A stretch of 62,923 bases of DNA, filler included, from Choristocarpus tenellus KU-1152 (GCA_964200185.2; 11 parts of 11 records of this genome joined end to end with filler, not necessarily neighbours in it), one strand, 5' to 3'. Positions 39,253 through 53,078 are shown, numbered from the whole stretch's first letter. Notes: generated from the sequence alone by a model not told the origin. Translations and numbers: made by a program.

Positions 39253-42200
39253 TGAAAACATAAATATATGCAGCATTTCAAGTACAGTAGATATAGACTA
39301 GAGTCGCTTGTCACAGAAAATAAAAAGGGTACAGAAGAGCTTCCAAATCGACTTCTGGGAAAGTTCCAAAAAGTGTGCCCAAAAGATGAGAGAGCAGACA
39401 GGTCTCACACTGATAGATGAAAAAAACCTCAAACCTCAACACCGCCCTCTAAGAACAAAAAATAAAATGCAAAAAAATCCCCATCAACACACACACCCCT
39501 AACCCTAACCCTAAAACCCTGACTCACACTCGGGGTCCGTTTCTATCACTATCAACGGTTCCGCTCGGTGCTAAAAAAAAAGAAGGTATGCATTACGCCT
39601 TTTTTTTAAAGGTTGGTTTAATGCGACTATCGGAAGATGTGAGATGTACAAAAAATAAAAATTACAAAAAAGAATAATAACGGAAAGGGATGAACATACT
39701 GGGAACCAAAATGTTCGAGTGAATGACGAGGACTTGGGGGGGGGGGAAGAGATGGGTTGCGTGTCTCCAAAAAGACCAAATTCTTGAGAGGGCCACTCAA
39801 CACCTTGTATAGGTGTATTTATTCCTCAGCACAAAAACATCTCTTTTCCAACATCGACATAGCTTGCAAGCAAACAGAGAGTACCCTTAGTTCAGACACA
39901 TGTTAGGATCACTTCCACTTCCCAATTATCACTTTCCAATTATCAATGAGACTATACGCTGGGGGGGGGAGGGGGATATTGAGGGGGATATTGAGTGCCT
40001 GGCTTCAAGGATACAATGGCATCCATGTACAGTAAGAGGTTTAGTTCACCATTCCACCTGCATTCTTTCCACGACCTTTGGTATGTGATGTGCATGGACA
40101 TGTTTGTATGTATCTCGAACAAAACGATCAACCGTATACGCCTCCTACCTATACAACAATCATCCCCTTTCACATTACAGAACAAACAGCAACAACATGC
40201 ATGTTAGTACTTCGCAGTACCTAGTAAATAATCCAACCGCTTTCAACCATCATAATCCATCATGAACCATCATGAACCAAACGAATGCAGTAACGTTATC
40301 AAACAATAACTGACTTCAACACACTGCCCTATCCCGCAGCACACAACCCAATGAAGACAAACCATATGTTGTTGCTGTCATGCCATACCAACTAATCTAT
40401 ACAAAAAAACTTCAAAACTAAAGGAACAAAGTACCAAGACTTTACCACTACAGCCTCCTAGTCATAACAACTCCCTCCCTTTACCAAGTTGAAGCCACCA
40501 CAATAACCTATGGACACACTTCAGACAACCAATTCGGTGCTCCATTATATACCAGAGTACATGGGATGGATAGGTCAGGTTCCACTTGAGCCTCATCTCG
40601 ACATCCCTCTCACAAACACAACAGAGGTCGTGTCTCACTGGACAAACATTTCAATGCACAGTTACTCTGAAAAAAAAAGTAACAAAACCCTACTTTTGAA
40701 CCTCTAACCATCATCTGTGAGCTTGCATCCTACTAGTAGCTCATAACTGAGGGGGTGACCCACCCAGCTAGAAGTTGTTGAACAAGGATGACTCCACAAG
40801 AGTTGCCACGATAACATAGAAGTGGTATAATCAAAGCATACACATATGGTACATATGAGACACTGCAAATATGTTGTAATAAAAACCTACCCAATGTTGA
40901 TGATCCTATGAGGGTGAACTTAAAAAAAAATTCTAGGCCGGTAGGGTCAGGTTTCTTCCTCTCCATCCCTTCCCTTAATCTACCACCACAGCATGATCAA
41001 GCCCTAACTTACTACTCTTTCTCCAGCAGAGTCAATACACAAGACCCCAGAAACAAAAGCATGCTTAGTAAGACAAATAAAAAAGACAGCTGAACTCTCC
41101 CCTATACCTCATATCTCACCCCCTGACAGCACCTCCTTTGACAAAACAATCTGACAGCACTGTGCTTGCTCAAAAAAACCTCCTTCATTGGGTGTAACTG
41201 TACTACCGGAACAAACGCCATGCCAAGAAATTTTTTAAACGGCAGCTCGCCATCCTATTCTACACAAACACCCTCCGCTGTATACAGAACAGAGCTCCTT
41301 ATGGGGGGGGGTTTCTCACCCTCCTCTTCCCTCTCTCCGCCTGATATGCAGCATCCAACTCCTTCCAGTCCTCTTCCAGTGCTCTCAGACTAGACCGAAC
41401 TGCCTGATTCTTGGTGATAACTGCTTTAGGGTCCTTGGTCAAGGGTTCTTTTGATAACAGCTGCAACAATCAGTGGGGGTTAAATTCAAGACAAAGGAGA
41501 GTTTTGTGTGCGTTGATCGATACTTTGTTAGATCTCCTGGGGGAATACACTATGAAAACTGTGGATTTGTGTAGTGATGACAAGTGAGTCACAGTTTTAC
41601 TTCTAGGACAAAATGAGAGCACAAAAAAGTTGTGAATGGAAGGGGTTGGAAGGAGGGGGGGGGGGGGGCGGGGGGGGGGGGGGGCACATTTAGGGGACCC
41701 AGGGGTTTTGTTTTCAGACGGACTTTNNNNNNNNNNNNNNNNNNNNNNNNNNNNNNNNNNNNNNNNNNNNTTAATTAATTAANNNNNNNNNNNNNNNNNN
41801 NNNNNNNNNNNNNNNNNNNNNNNNNNTTAAAGTAAAGGTGGAGGCACGGGGAGGGCGGCCACAACCAATAGAAGCAAAAGGGGGAAAAGGGGAAGGGGGG
41901 GGGGGGGGGGAGGGGGGGAGAGGAAGGAAAAAGAACCAAAAGCAAAGCATAGAAAGACTACAGCTACATACGATCCTGTAAATGTTTCAATGCCATCAAA
42001 GTGGTACTACAGCAGGTGTTCGTCTCCCTCCTCCCAAGCCCCACTGCCTAGCACCCAAAAATAGTTTCTATTGGAACGGCCTAGATCAGAGACACCACCA
42101 TACCATTGCCACGCATTGGCACCAAATCACAGTTCTGTCATACATACATACATACATACATATATAGTTCTGTCATACACACACAAACACACACACATAC

Positions 42201-42550
42201 ACACACACAAACCATTACAAACAGGTACTCGCTCACAAACAATTCACAACTGCAGTGTCCACCACACAAGGTTCTCCTCAACACACAACATTTTTCTCAT
42301 CTCACATGAGGCTTTTCTTTTTTGCTTTTTTTTGCTTTTTTTGCTTTTTTCTCAACTCCAACTAAAAAAAATATATGAGGCACATCATATCCTGGAAAAG
42401 CAATTAACGTTCTGAAAGAAATTTCCAGACTCGTTCATTGAAATAGCCAGCAGCAATCATGGAAAACAAACGGGTGCTGCTAATGAAAGAAACGACTACC
42501 ACAGTAAAGAGATGAGCAGCTGCAGGCAGAAGAAAAAAAAATGCGCTCAC

Positions 42551-44352
42551 CTGTAGAGATATAAGATGCCTGCCACGATGAGGAGACAAAAGGGAGCAAG
42601 CCAGCTGGCGGATGTTGTTACCAGTCCACTGACATACAGCACACTGCCAAGAAGTGTGAAGAAAGTCGCACAATAGTTTGACGGAGTACTATCAAGGATT
42701 AGTAGCAGGACTATGTCTTGACAGTTTTAAGGTATATCTTGTTCAGGTCAGAAGAGGGCGCTGAGTGGTGGGAAGTTGCAAACATGGTTGTTCATTGTGT
42801 TGGACTAGATATGGTGCTTCTACCACGACATTTTCACATGTGTGCAAGCTACTGCATCTTAGATCTCGGCAATCAGAGGGGTGGTCAAGGCCCAGGAACA
42901 TCAGGAGATGTACTGTGATGATGTATATCATACACATAAACACAAGCATGAGATGCTTTGTAACACATCCAATCTTGTTGTGAAAGATGGGGACAGTTAA
43001 GGGAAAAGTGAAGTGACAGAGAGATTGATTTCTAAATGGCACAAGGCCTGCATAAGGCATGAAATGATGAACAAGTCATGCAAATGACTTGTGGGTATTG
43101 CGTAGGTACACCACCCATGAAAGGAGTCACACTTAACCTGTCATGAAGTGAGAGGAGACGGGCATTCACCAATGGTCAGACAGACAGCAGGTTTTAACTC
43201 CAAAGCCTCTTCTATATCGCAAGGCATTTCCATAGTATCAAGGAAACCATTACATGTACACATGTACTTGGAAACCAAGGAAGGATAGGTCTTGCGCAAA
43301 AGACAAATAAGGACACACCTGCTGAGGATATCGTTGCCACAAATAGCAGTGGCATGCCATTCTCCCAGCTTGGGCTCCCTGGTAAACGCAGAGGGTGGGC
43401 AGAGAATGACAATCAGGGTGGGGAAGGCGTCAATAACAAAAGAACTCCTATAAATGTAAAGCTGATCGTTGGTTTCGTGGCAAGGGCATATAGCTCGAAC
43501 ACGATAATACTTCCATAGTGATAGCATCAATGCAACCATCAAAGGGATTGCAGGATCACAGCACTCTACCATAAATATTCAGGTTCAAAAAGGAAGAGCT
43601 GACAGAAAGGGTAATTGTGATAACTGGGATCGGAAACGGTTAACACGCCACTTACGAACCCGAATATTACATCTTTTCCAGGCCATGTACCACCTCGAGA
43701 CACGCCACACTGCCCTCAGTTTACAAGTATCGTGTCTTTCTCCTCATATATCCACTCCACGAGAGGCTATCAATATTATCTCTCTTATTCTGCACCTTGC
43801 CTTCGTTCTGCAGATGTAGAGAGCAACACAAACACTTCAACTATCACCCCTTTCTAATGCGGTCAATCGAGCTTACCACCCTAATCACCTCGCTACTTCA
43901 CTCACTCTTTGGCTTGGCTGGCCTCTATGCTCTTTAAGACACTGGGGGGAGCGGAGGTGCGAAAATGGCTGCCCCATCCCGGAAACTCCCATGATTCCAG
44001 CCTCACACGGTTTGAAACGCGCCTTCAGATTTGACAGGGGCGGGCATTGAGCAAAGGATTCAAGGTTCAGTCTTCAAATAAACCACATTTGTCAAAACTG
44101 ATCGTAACGGCGTAACACTAACATGGATTCCAGTGGAACTGACCTGGGCAGGCCTAAAGATGTGGCTGAGTCAAACGAGGCCACCCTCGACCTGAAGTGT
44201 GTTCCGAGAGGTGTCTCAGTAAACGGGGGACCAGCGATCGTGGTTGGCTTTGACTGACGCCTACTCTTGCCCGAACCCCACCCTAGAAGAGGATCATTCT
44301 GGCGCACGCGATCCGGTGAGGTCCTGCTGTGACTGTCCCCGTTCTTGCTCAT
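42551..44352 (-). CDS. APC-superfamily amino-acid permease, 5' part
   Basis: Phase-2 exons 44352-44123, 44022-43906, 43378-43319 and 42643-42551 splice to ...EPKLGEWHATAICGNDILSSVLYVSGLVTTSASWLAPFCLLIVAGILYLYR. ATAICGNDIxSSxLYV is the TM1 signature of an APC permease subfamily. Confidence 0.82.
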
Positions 44353-44948
44353 GATCGTGATCGAGCCAGGGTTGCTCAATACTACTATCCAATAGATCTG
44401 TCCTTTACGTACCGCGCGCAGTTCCCTACCCTGACGTTACTCGCGATAGTGTTGAGTAGAAAAGCAACAACTAAAACATACTGGGTGAAAGGGGACTGTT
44501 ATTGCGTGTACTTCTCCGTCCTACCTCTGTGTGGGTGGAGCCCCAACCTCCGCCTTTCCATCTCGATTATCCACGAGTATCTCTGTGGGGATACGACTGC
44601 GGCCAAAACAAGGCGAGAAAAGTAATATGGGCTCTTCCACATGCTTGATTCGTGACCCATCTGGCAGTGGCGAGGGAAGGAGAGGAGGTGGCAAATGCTG
44701 CTTTTCCCTAGCTGGAAAATGCAGGATTAACCTATTCCTCGATTACCTTGGTTTCTAACTTTAAACATCACTCGAAGAAATGGCCCCCCATGCCTCATCC
44801 TGGATGTTATCACCAGACAACCTCAATCACAACAATAAACTGCAAAGTACGAAGTCTTACTTTGTAAAAAAAATTCACTTCCCCGATGCTCGATACTTTT
44901 ATCTTCTCTCCTCTTACCTCGCTGGTTGGACGCTTGGTAGACAAAAAA

Positions 44949-45749
44949 ATGTTCAGAACTCTGGTGGGAGGAGGTCGAGGAGTGGTGAGGGTAGCGGCAA
45001 GAGGGGCCGCTGCGGGTTCTGGAAGCGCCAGGAGTATGGGTGGGCATGCCCGGGACGTCGGTCTTCCAGGGCAACACCCCCCTATTCCTGTTTCGAAAGT
45101 CTACCAGACCCTTGGTACGGCCTACCTGACGACCATGTTCTTGTGGATGATGTACAGGGCCAAGGAGGACGGCATGGTTGTTCTGGTGGGTATGGCACTT
45201 TATGGGGCATTCGTGGGGCTGGTTCGTCCTGGGGTATCTTGATTAGGCAATGAATGACTGCACATGCAACAATGGTGCTTGATAGCTACTTCCCTAGGCA
45301 ACATCGATGCAGATTCCTAAACACGGTTACAATATGGTTAAAATGAAAAGTTGATCGTTAATTATATTGGCGACTCTCATCTGAACCCCTCAGCCCAGTT
45401 GACTAAGTGCAAAATATATGTATGTATCGTATTTCCTTATTTTGATGAGTTTCTAGCAACCTGCAAGCCTTCATCCAACCTTGTCTTCCCCGCTCCTGTT
45501 GCACGGACACAAAATGTTGGTGTGTGTGTTCACACCACACTCTACGATGTCTTAGTGGTAGCTCAATCTCACACCTTTTTTGCCCATCGACCTCTATCGA
45601 TTCCCTACTATGAATTTTCGATGAAGGGTTTCGAGCACCCGTGGGATCACCTGCATGAGGACCATGTAACCTTCAATTTCAAGGAACCTGATGTAGTTGG
45701 CGATGATGATGATGAGGAGGAGGAGGAGGAGGAGGAGGAGGAGGAATAG
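44949..45749 (+). CDS. NDUFB2: Mitochondrial complex I subunit AGGG/NDUFB2-like, complete (2 exons)
   Basis: Exon 44949-45185 has an Arg/Gly-rich presequence, MGGH, and MFLWMMYRAKEDGMVVL. Exon 45627-45749 is GFEHPWDH...poly-E followed by a stop. This matches the plant-type W..YRAK.DG.VVLG..HPW motif. Confidence 0.85.
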
Positions 45750-47579
45750 GATAAAACAGGAGACCGCCCCCTTCAAGAGGGACCTCTCCCTATGTGAGGA
45801 GAGATGATGGACTCCGGGGGTATAGAACTCTGGATAGGGGATTGGACTGAAACTCTTTCAGTTTTTATCATTTCCCTTACCTTCAACATTTGAGCACAAT
45901 TGCAGGGCAATAGCTAACAAAGTGAATGGATCATTGATGAGAACATTTCAATACTTGGACAAATTTAGGCCAGCTGAAACTGCTGTGGTAGCTGATTTTC
46001 TGCTTGAGCACTTCGTGTCATGTGACACAAAGTCGGTGATTTAGCTGAGATGCATGATTCTTCACTTCTTGTGAAACTTTACCTTAAATCACTGCCAATG
46101 GTGGGATGAATCCAACAGAGCTTCGCCAAAGGAGACCAATTGCCCTCATCAAGGAGGAGTTAACAGCTTTGTCTATGGATAGGGGAATGTATGGAGTTCT
46201 TCCTTGAGCTTTGAAATATCAGACTTTGAAGAAGGAATTTTTTTGCAGTCATCAGCTGGAGTAATGCATTGTTAGGTTCATCTATGTGCTTGCAGTTTTT
46301 TTAAGCGTTAACAGTGAGATATTGGCAGCTGCAAGCATTTGGATTCTCTTTTGATTTGAAGCTGACAATCATGCTGATATTGATGGAGAAAGTTTGAACT
46401 GCACTGTCTCTGTAAACATCTCAGCCTTTGCAGGCTTCTCACAAATATCAACACTGTTGCTTGGACACTGTTCATCAATGGGTTACACACCAAAAATAAA
46501 TACATACGAGTAAAAAAAAAATTTAAGCTGACCTCAGTCGATCGAGATTTTTAACACTTTTTCAGCCATGGCTGCTTTGGGAAGATGAAGTGATTTAATG
46601 TTGGTATGGTCCAGAATTCTTGGACCCTATGAAAGCTCAACGCTCCACGCTTGCTATTTGATCAATTGGCACGAAATGCACGATAAAACCGTTTTTGAAG
46701 TAGCCCTTGTGTAGTTTTTTTTATTTCATGCCATTCTTCTGCATGATCTGTAAAATGTCAGTTGGTGATTAAATTGCACCCTTGCCCCCCACACCTCAAC
46801 CGGCAGTCACTCAAAAACGCTCTTGTATTCAAATTCCCGCTTGTGTCAAATCACTGCTGCCAACACTACTCATCAAAAAGTACCCTCTGATTTGAAGGGA
46901 GATGTAGACACAAGATTTGGGTGTTTTGCAACACAAAGTGGACTGTCTCTCATCCATATCTCCAGGTATATCAAGAGGAAAATCATGATGTATGTGCTCC
47001 ACCCTAATGAAGTTCATCAGTAAGACTTTTCTTATGGTCCATGGTCTAGGAACAACCCATCTGTGTATTAAAGGTACATAGCACCCCTCACAGCCCCCCA
47101 AGTAGAGACATCCACCCCACCACTTCCCAGGCATCAAATTGGCATGTGCTGCCATCTGAGCAGCTCTCCCCAACAGCCATGTTTCGTCATCAAACAAATC
47201 GTTGTGGGGTTCTGTGCTTAAGGGTCCGTGTGCTCCATCCCTACCCCACAGAGATATTGTCACTTCTGTAGCGCTCATCATCCTCGTGCAGGACTTCAAC
47301 AGGTAATATATGCAGGAGAAGGTGAGGTGCCAGGAAAACGTTTGTTAGTCCATGGCTACACCATACAGGCACACTAGAACCTTGTGGACAAGTGCACATT
47401 TTTATTGAATCTTGAACACCTTCAACTCTCTGGCTGAAAGGCACTACTACTGTTGAAGAATCTTTGTATTATTCATGGTGATTTTTCTTATTTGAGACTT
47501 AGGGTACTATTGGCACTGTCTTGAGAATTCAGACTGTAGAGAGAACTGCCTTTTCGAAGGGGCTGGCTACCAACTAAGA

Positions 47580-49250
47580 AATTGGAGATTGGGGGATTGG
47601 TGTTACAATGCAATATAAATCGCGGACAGTGTATGGACCTGATCATATACTGTTATCAATGGTACATGACCCAGTCATAGTCGATGTCAATGGATACTAA
47701 ATACTAGAATTAGTACATAGTAAACACTAATACAATATCAATGTCAGAGAGCCAGAAAACTACATTGTGTTGTCTGATTTCGTGGAGGGTTCTTAAGCTC
47801 CTGAGAATCATGACAAATGGGGTTTATTGGAGATATTTACATTTACATAGTAGGAGTGAAGTACTACACATATAGAACAATGGTGCAGTCAGTGGTACAG
47901 TATGACTGTGGAAGATGCTGATGATCTTTGATGATTTTATCACATACCACCATAAATGTACCCTTCAACGATCATTGACACCCCAATATGCTATCAGCCC
48001 CAATCTGCAATTGACTATTATGTTTAGTCACCTCAACTAATTTAGGTTGTATTTACTTCTCTGTACAAGCAGCAGCACGTACTGCCTAGGAGTCTTAACA
48101 TATTGTAATTGTGGTGAAACCTTGTAGGATTTGGAGGCAGTCATTGTAAGTAATGGAACACCAGCAATTACCGCAGCTTAAAATACATTAGTCGGACCAG
48201 TACTACATAGCATGAGGGTATACATAGAAGCACTGATAGTGTAGGTTGATGCCATTCTAGTGCCAACTGCTCCTCTAACAGTTGATCTATACTCCTGCTG
48301 ACCAAGTCAAACCTCTACAATAAGAGACAAGAGCATAACAAACTCATGTTTGGTAGTTTGGAGATGTACCCTTACACTTGTGAACAGTTTAAGCCCCGTA
48401 TAACCTCATGAGCCAATAGTCTCCCCATGTATAATAAGAAGCTCAATCCGTCTTGCTCAGAATGCTTAACAAGTGGATGCGGTACGGTGCTAAGGAGAAC
48501 ATCAATAATGACAAGGAGAACATCAATAATGACAAGGAGAACATCAATAATGACAAGGAGAACATCAATAATGACAAGGAGAACATCAATAATGACAAGG
48601 AGAACATCAATAATGACAAGGAGAACATCAATAATGACAAGGAGAACAAAAATATTTTAACTTACAACACACATCAACTCTTCGGCTCAACAATCATAAG
48701 GGGGTTGTGGTGCCAACAAGGGAATCCTCCTGAAACAATGTCCAACAGATTACATTGTAGAAAACAAGGCTCAGAAGTACACACCAAAAAGTGGTCAAGG
48801 TCTTCTAGCAACTCCGCTCCCACTTGGTTGGGAAAGAGGGGGAAAGACCCCTATTTCGAGAGACTTACTCAAACACCACAGTCAACATATCATGGCATGC
48901 TTCTTACCATTATGAATTGAGCAAGTACTGGGTGTGAGGTTGAATCATATCAACTGTGTATAGTAAAAGTGCTCTTCCTGGTGTGGACTACGGTATTAGT
49001 GTGAAGCCATGGTGAAAGTAAACCAGGGAATCAACAAAAACGTACACATTTGTTCCTCCAGAGTACATTCCAGAGACAGGTTAAAATCTTGAAGAATCAT
49101 TGCACCTCAACCAGGCAGCGCCTGCCTCATTCCACATGGGTAGACATCAACTGGACTTGAGGAGGACAATCAAGCCGCACAGTGCTCACAGCAAGTAGCC
49201 AAGTGGATGACCGGCAAGGTCACGACATGTGAGTGCCCTTCAAAACATGG
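47580..49250 (-). mobile_element. Highly decayed Ty1/Copia pol remnant
   Basis: Minus strand reads SIDIDYDWV...IRSIHCP at ~47620-47695 (cf. KHIDIRYHWVRE...HCPT) and a frameshifted LYG-LK at ~48390. Many stops; boundaries are approximate. Confidence 0.45.
48492..48648. repeat. Perfect 21-bp minisatellite (AAGGAGAACATCAATAATGAC) x~7.4
   Basis: Identical consecutive units read directly. Confidence 0.95.
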
Positions 49251-49333
49251 AGGTGCCAAAGCTGGCCGAGGACTGGGAACACAACAACAGCACAATTACA
49301 AGCAGATAACATCATTCTATCTCCTGATCATAA

Positions 49334-52323
49334 TTACATGATGGCCCGTGGCGTGAAGGTCTTCGTCGCTAGTGGTACTCCCGCCCCCTTTCCATCTGCC
49401 TTGTTGGGTTGGAACTGTGTGTGCCAGGAGAGCATGGTTTGGGGAAGACAGGCAGGGTGAGGGCAAGGGCAATCAGGAAGGCATGATTCAGTCAAAAAAA
49501 CACAGTGATTTTTTTAAGAAACAAGAGTCTCCAAGAAAATGATCTGTGCAGCACCAGTCGAAAGAGATGGAGCAAGAAGTACTCCAAAATGTCTGCTATG
49601 CTTACAACATCGATTCAAACGAGGTCAAGAGGAAATGCACATGGTCTTTGTAGAGAGTAGAATGTGCTATACCAGAAGGGAGAAGGAAAGTCGCAGGAAC
49701 CAGTGATTCAATACAGGGATAAGACAGTGTAGCAAACCAATGCCAAGTTCTCAAGGCATGCGACCGCGTGATGCATTTGGCCCTGCTATGTTTACAGCAA
49801 AACAATCTATCTGGTTCTTACTATACACTCTACACCACTGAGCAATAAGGGCAATATCACCAAAGGGGTACTTCTCTCAGACCGGGCGCAACCAACTATC
49901 ACAACTCTCTTCTGAAAAAAAAACAAAAAATGACGCGTTCAAGCAGCACCCACCCGTCCACTCCACCATGACAACAGCCCCCTGAAAGTAGAAAAGGTTC
50001 ACAAAACACCTATCCCCCATCCCCCATTCTCTACCCTCCAGGCACCTTCTTCTTTCTTTCTTCAGGGACGGGCAGGTCCAGGGCTGACGGATCGCAGGGT
50101 GGGGGCAACTCCGATGTAAAGTAGGGATGTTGCAACGCCTCAGCGGCACTTGCCCTGGCATCTGGCCGGAGTACCAGCAATTTGGTCAGCAAGTCCATCG
50201 CATCCGGCGATGCGGCTGAGAGCAACGTGGCCAAATCAATAGGCTTTTGAGGCTGAAATTCTATATAGTCCGGTAGAGAGCAGTGGTCCTTCAGAGCAGC
50301 CACCAATCAGAAAGCATTGGGATAAGTTGGTGACAGTTTATTGGTCAGTTAAGGGGCAATTGTACCCCATTCAAGTCTAATATTCCAGTGGCATGACCCG
50401 TGGATGGAGAGGGTAGAAGTAGTGCAAGAGATCTCACCGGCCAGTTCTCTTTTGTAGGAGTACCCATGATCTGGAATATTCGAGCCACCTGGTCCACATC
50501 ACTAGCTCCTGGGAAAAGCGGCCTCCTGCACATGAGTTCAGCAAATATACATCCCACCTGTAACAAAAGTACCTCGCCGTTGACAACGATGGGAAAAGGT
50601 GGCTTATCAAGGTCAGAGCCAAAGATCTTTGGGACCACCATTGAGTTACGGATGTCTTCATGATTACAACAATCTGTCAGCCTTCTATGGTCATCAACCA
50701 TCAACACATCATACTTATATCTCACCGCCCACATGTCCACTGCTGCCCCATACTCACGGCAACCAAAGCACAGCTCAGGGGGACGGTACCATCTGGTCAC
50801 AACGGACTGGGTCATGAGGCGACCAGGGCTGCCGTATTGGCGAGCAAGGCCAAAATCTGCGAGTTTAAGTACCCCCCCACTAGAGTACAGCAGATTATTT
50901 GGTTTCATATCCTGCAAGGGGGTGGTGGGGGTGGTTGTGGGGTGGGCAAGTGGAGTGTCAGACAACAGTCACACAAACAAATTTGTAAAGAGACGGAATT
51001 GTAAGTCCAGGGATGAGAGACAAAGGACACTTGAGACAGATGCACAAAGGTGGGAAAATGACCAAGTCATTGACACCAGAAGATATATCTAGGCATCCAG
51101 GGTCACGGCACAGAAGGGTTGGGGAGCACGATATGAGGAAGGCAAGGCTAAGCCACTGTTGAATGTTTCATACCAAGAAGATAAGAAGGTGGGCACTACA
51201 ACTGAATCTGAGCTCAGGCATACACTCAACCACACATAACACAAATATAACTATCATAGACATTCTTCCTTCACCCCAAAATTGCATATGCAAGTTTTCT
51301 GTGCTCGAGTGCAGGACTGCTTGTTATTCAGATGTCGAAAGGCACGGTCCACAACTACAACTACAACCACAAATAGGTTCAAGACCACACCCCGTACATC
51401 CTTCTGTGCCCATCGTGTTGTGAGACGAGTGCTTGCTGATGGGTGATTCGCATGATCCAAGCAGCCGCACCACCTGCACCAAGCAGTTACATCCTCACCC
51501 TGTGCAAGATAAAGTTCTCGTGCAGGAATGCCATTCCCTTGAGCATCATCAGCATGTGGCATTTGATGTGCTCTGGCTTCAGCACTACCCTCTGTTCCAT
51601 GAGTATTGTCTCCAGGTCAGTTTCGCAGAACTCGAACACCAGGTTCAAGTCCTCGTGTACCAGGAACACGTCCACCAACTATCCAGTCGAGGAGGCGAGA
51701 GTAGAGTTACATTCAGGAGTGTGGCTGTAAAACTGATAGATAGTGCTTGAAATTTCAAGGCCATCCACGCATGATAAAAGCTGGCAATTTAACGCCTAAC
51801 CCCTTTTGCTGGGAACTTCGAAACCAAAGAACACGATAAACACCTACCCATAGAGCGTGAATCGGAGAGGTGGGATTGGCGTGAGCAAGCAATGTGCACA
51901 GTACCCTTCATCTGAGTGAAAAGTTTCGGGTTCTGAAGGGTGAGAAGAACGAGGTCGCACATATTGTGGTACTTTATAACCCCGCACCTCAATGATGTTC
52001 TCATGCTTCAGTTCCTTCAACAACTTAATCTCCCGTAGGGCAGTAAAGTTGGCTCCCTCTGTGTACTTGCCTGACTTCATGGCAATTTTCTTGATTGCCA
52101 CCAATTGGCCAGTACTCTTAAGGGTCTATGGGAGCATTGGGGAGATCGAGGGGTCAGGGGAGATAATAGATAGTATGGTAAACTCAAGTTATCTTCAAGT
52201 GCAAGATGTATCCGAATCATGGGCGAGAAAAGGAGGTAGACCAAGGAACAAGCAACTCACTGCGGACGTTACCACACCCCATGCGCCTTCCCCCAGCTTG
52301 TCTCCTTTCTCGTACTTCTCCAT
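49334..52323 (-). CDS. CDK7: Cyclin-dependent kinase 7 / CDKD (CAK, TFIIH kinase), complete 7-exon gene
   Basis: Phase-0 exons 52323-52261, 52125-51988, 51678-51499, 50911-50726, 50557-50438, 50288-50046 and 49414-49334 (last one tentative). Motifs: [32 protein letters not shown] and [29 protein letters not shown]. Confidence 0.95.
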
Positions 52324-53078
52324 CACTTTTGCTTCAAATAGGACTGGTGAAGACTTTAAAAGGGATGCTGCCCAGGGAGGACGATTAGGGTTAGAGATTG
52401 CTCTGGGGCTACCACCACTCATCGTGTAGCCGGTAACAGACAAAAGGTATTGATTTGTTGTAATGATGGAAGAGTGTAAGGAGTACCTGAACGGTATGCA
52501 CTGCAACTGCTTATCCCTCTCCCTTCCTGGTTGCCTCACAAGCTTGGAGCGCACAGAGGCCTAAGCGAAGATCAAAAATGGTGTTCCGTGATTGACAGGC
52601 AGTGACATCAGGAGGCAACATCGTGCGATATGCGGATCGCTGTTTTCACCAATTGATATCAGATCTGGTGTATAAATCAGCTTGCTGTGGTCGACGAAAG
52701 ACGTGCACAACGAGACCGTCATGGGCTTTGATGCAAGACAGTAGACTCTTCGTACGCTACCATGATACCAGATTTGACTTACAGCTGTGCATAATGCAGT
52801 ACAGATGGTGTTACCTTTCGCTCGAGATGAAGTACCAAAACGGTTTCACTCACCATGGATTCTAGCATCTAAGTCCCGAACGGCATCATCCTCTTCTTAC
52901 AGTAGACCACAAACACAAGACCGTAAAAAATGCCCCGTAGTTATGCTTAACCGCGAAGTCTGGGTTCTCGCTGACTATGAGCTCAAGCTTCCTTCTTCAT
53001 TTATATGTCACATTTTCACTGTTTGATGTATAGAAGAATGTATGGGAAGGTCAGCAACCTCTGATTTGTCAACATTGA

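Noticed and set aside
1904-45749. Two complex I subunits plus several ubiquitin-proteasome genes as a functional cluster
   Set aside because: They are on different contigs joined artificially.
48492-48648. Tandem arrays (also 3696-3758, 11654-11881, 58501-58610) as CRISPR arrays or repeat-protein genes (ENINNDK / RRTSIMT ORFs)
   Set aside because: The units are directly adjacent with no unique spacers, there are no cas genes, and the context is eukaryotic. The ORFs arise because the unit length is a multiple of three.
52324-52554. Upstream in-frame extension of CDK7 (MSGGSPRAISNPN...)
   Set aside because: MEKYEK is the canonical kinase start. The extension contains a telomere-like repeat and looks like 5' UTR, though this cannot be excluded without transcript data.
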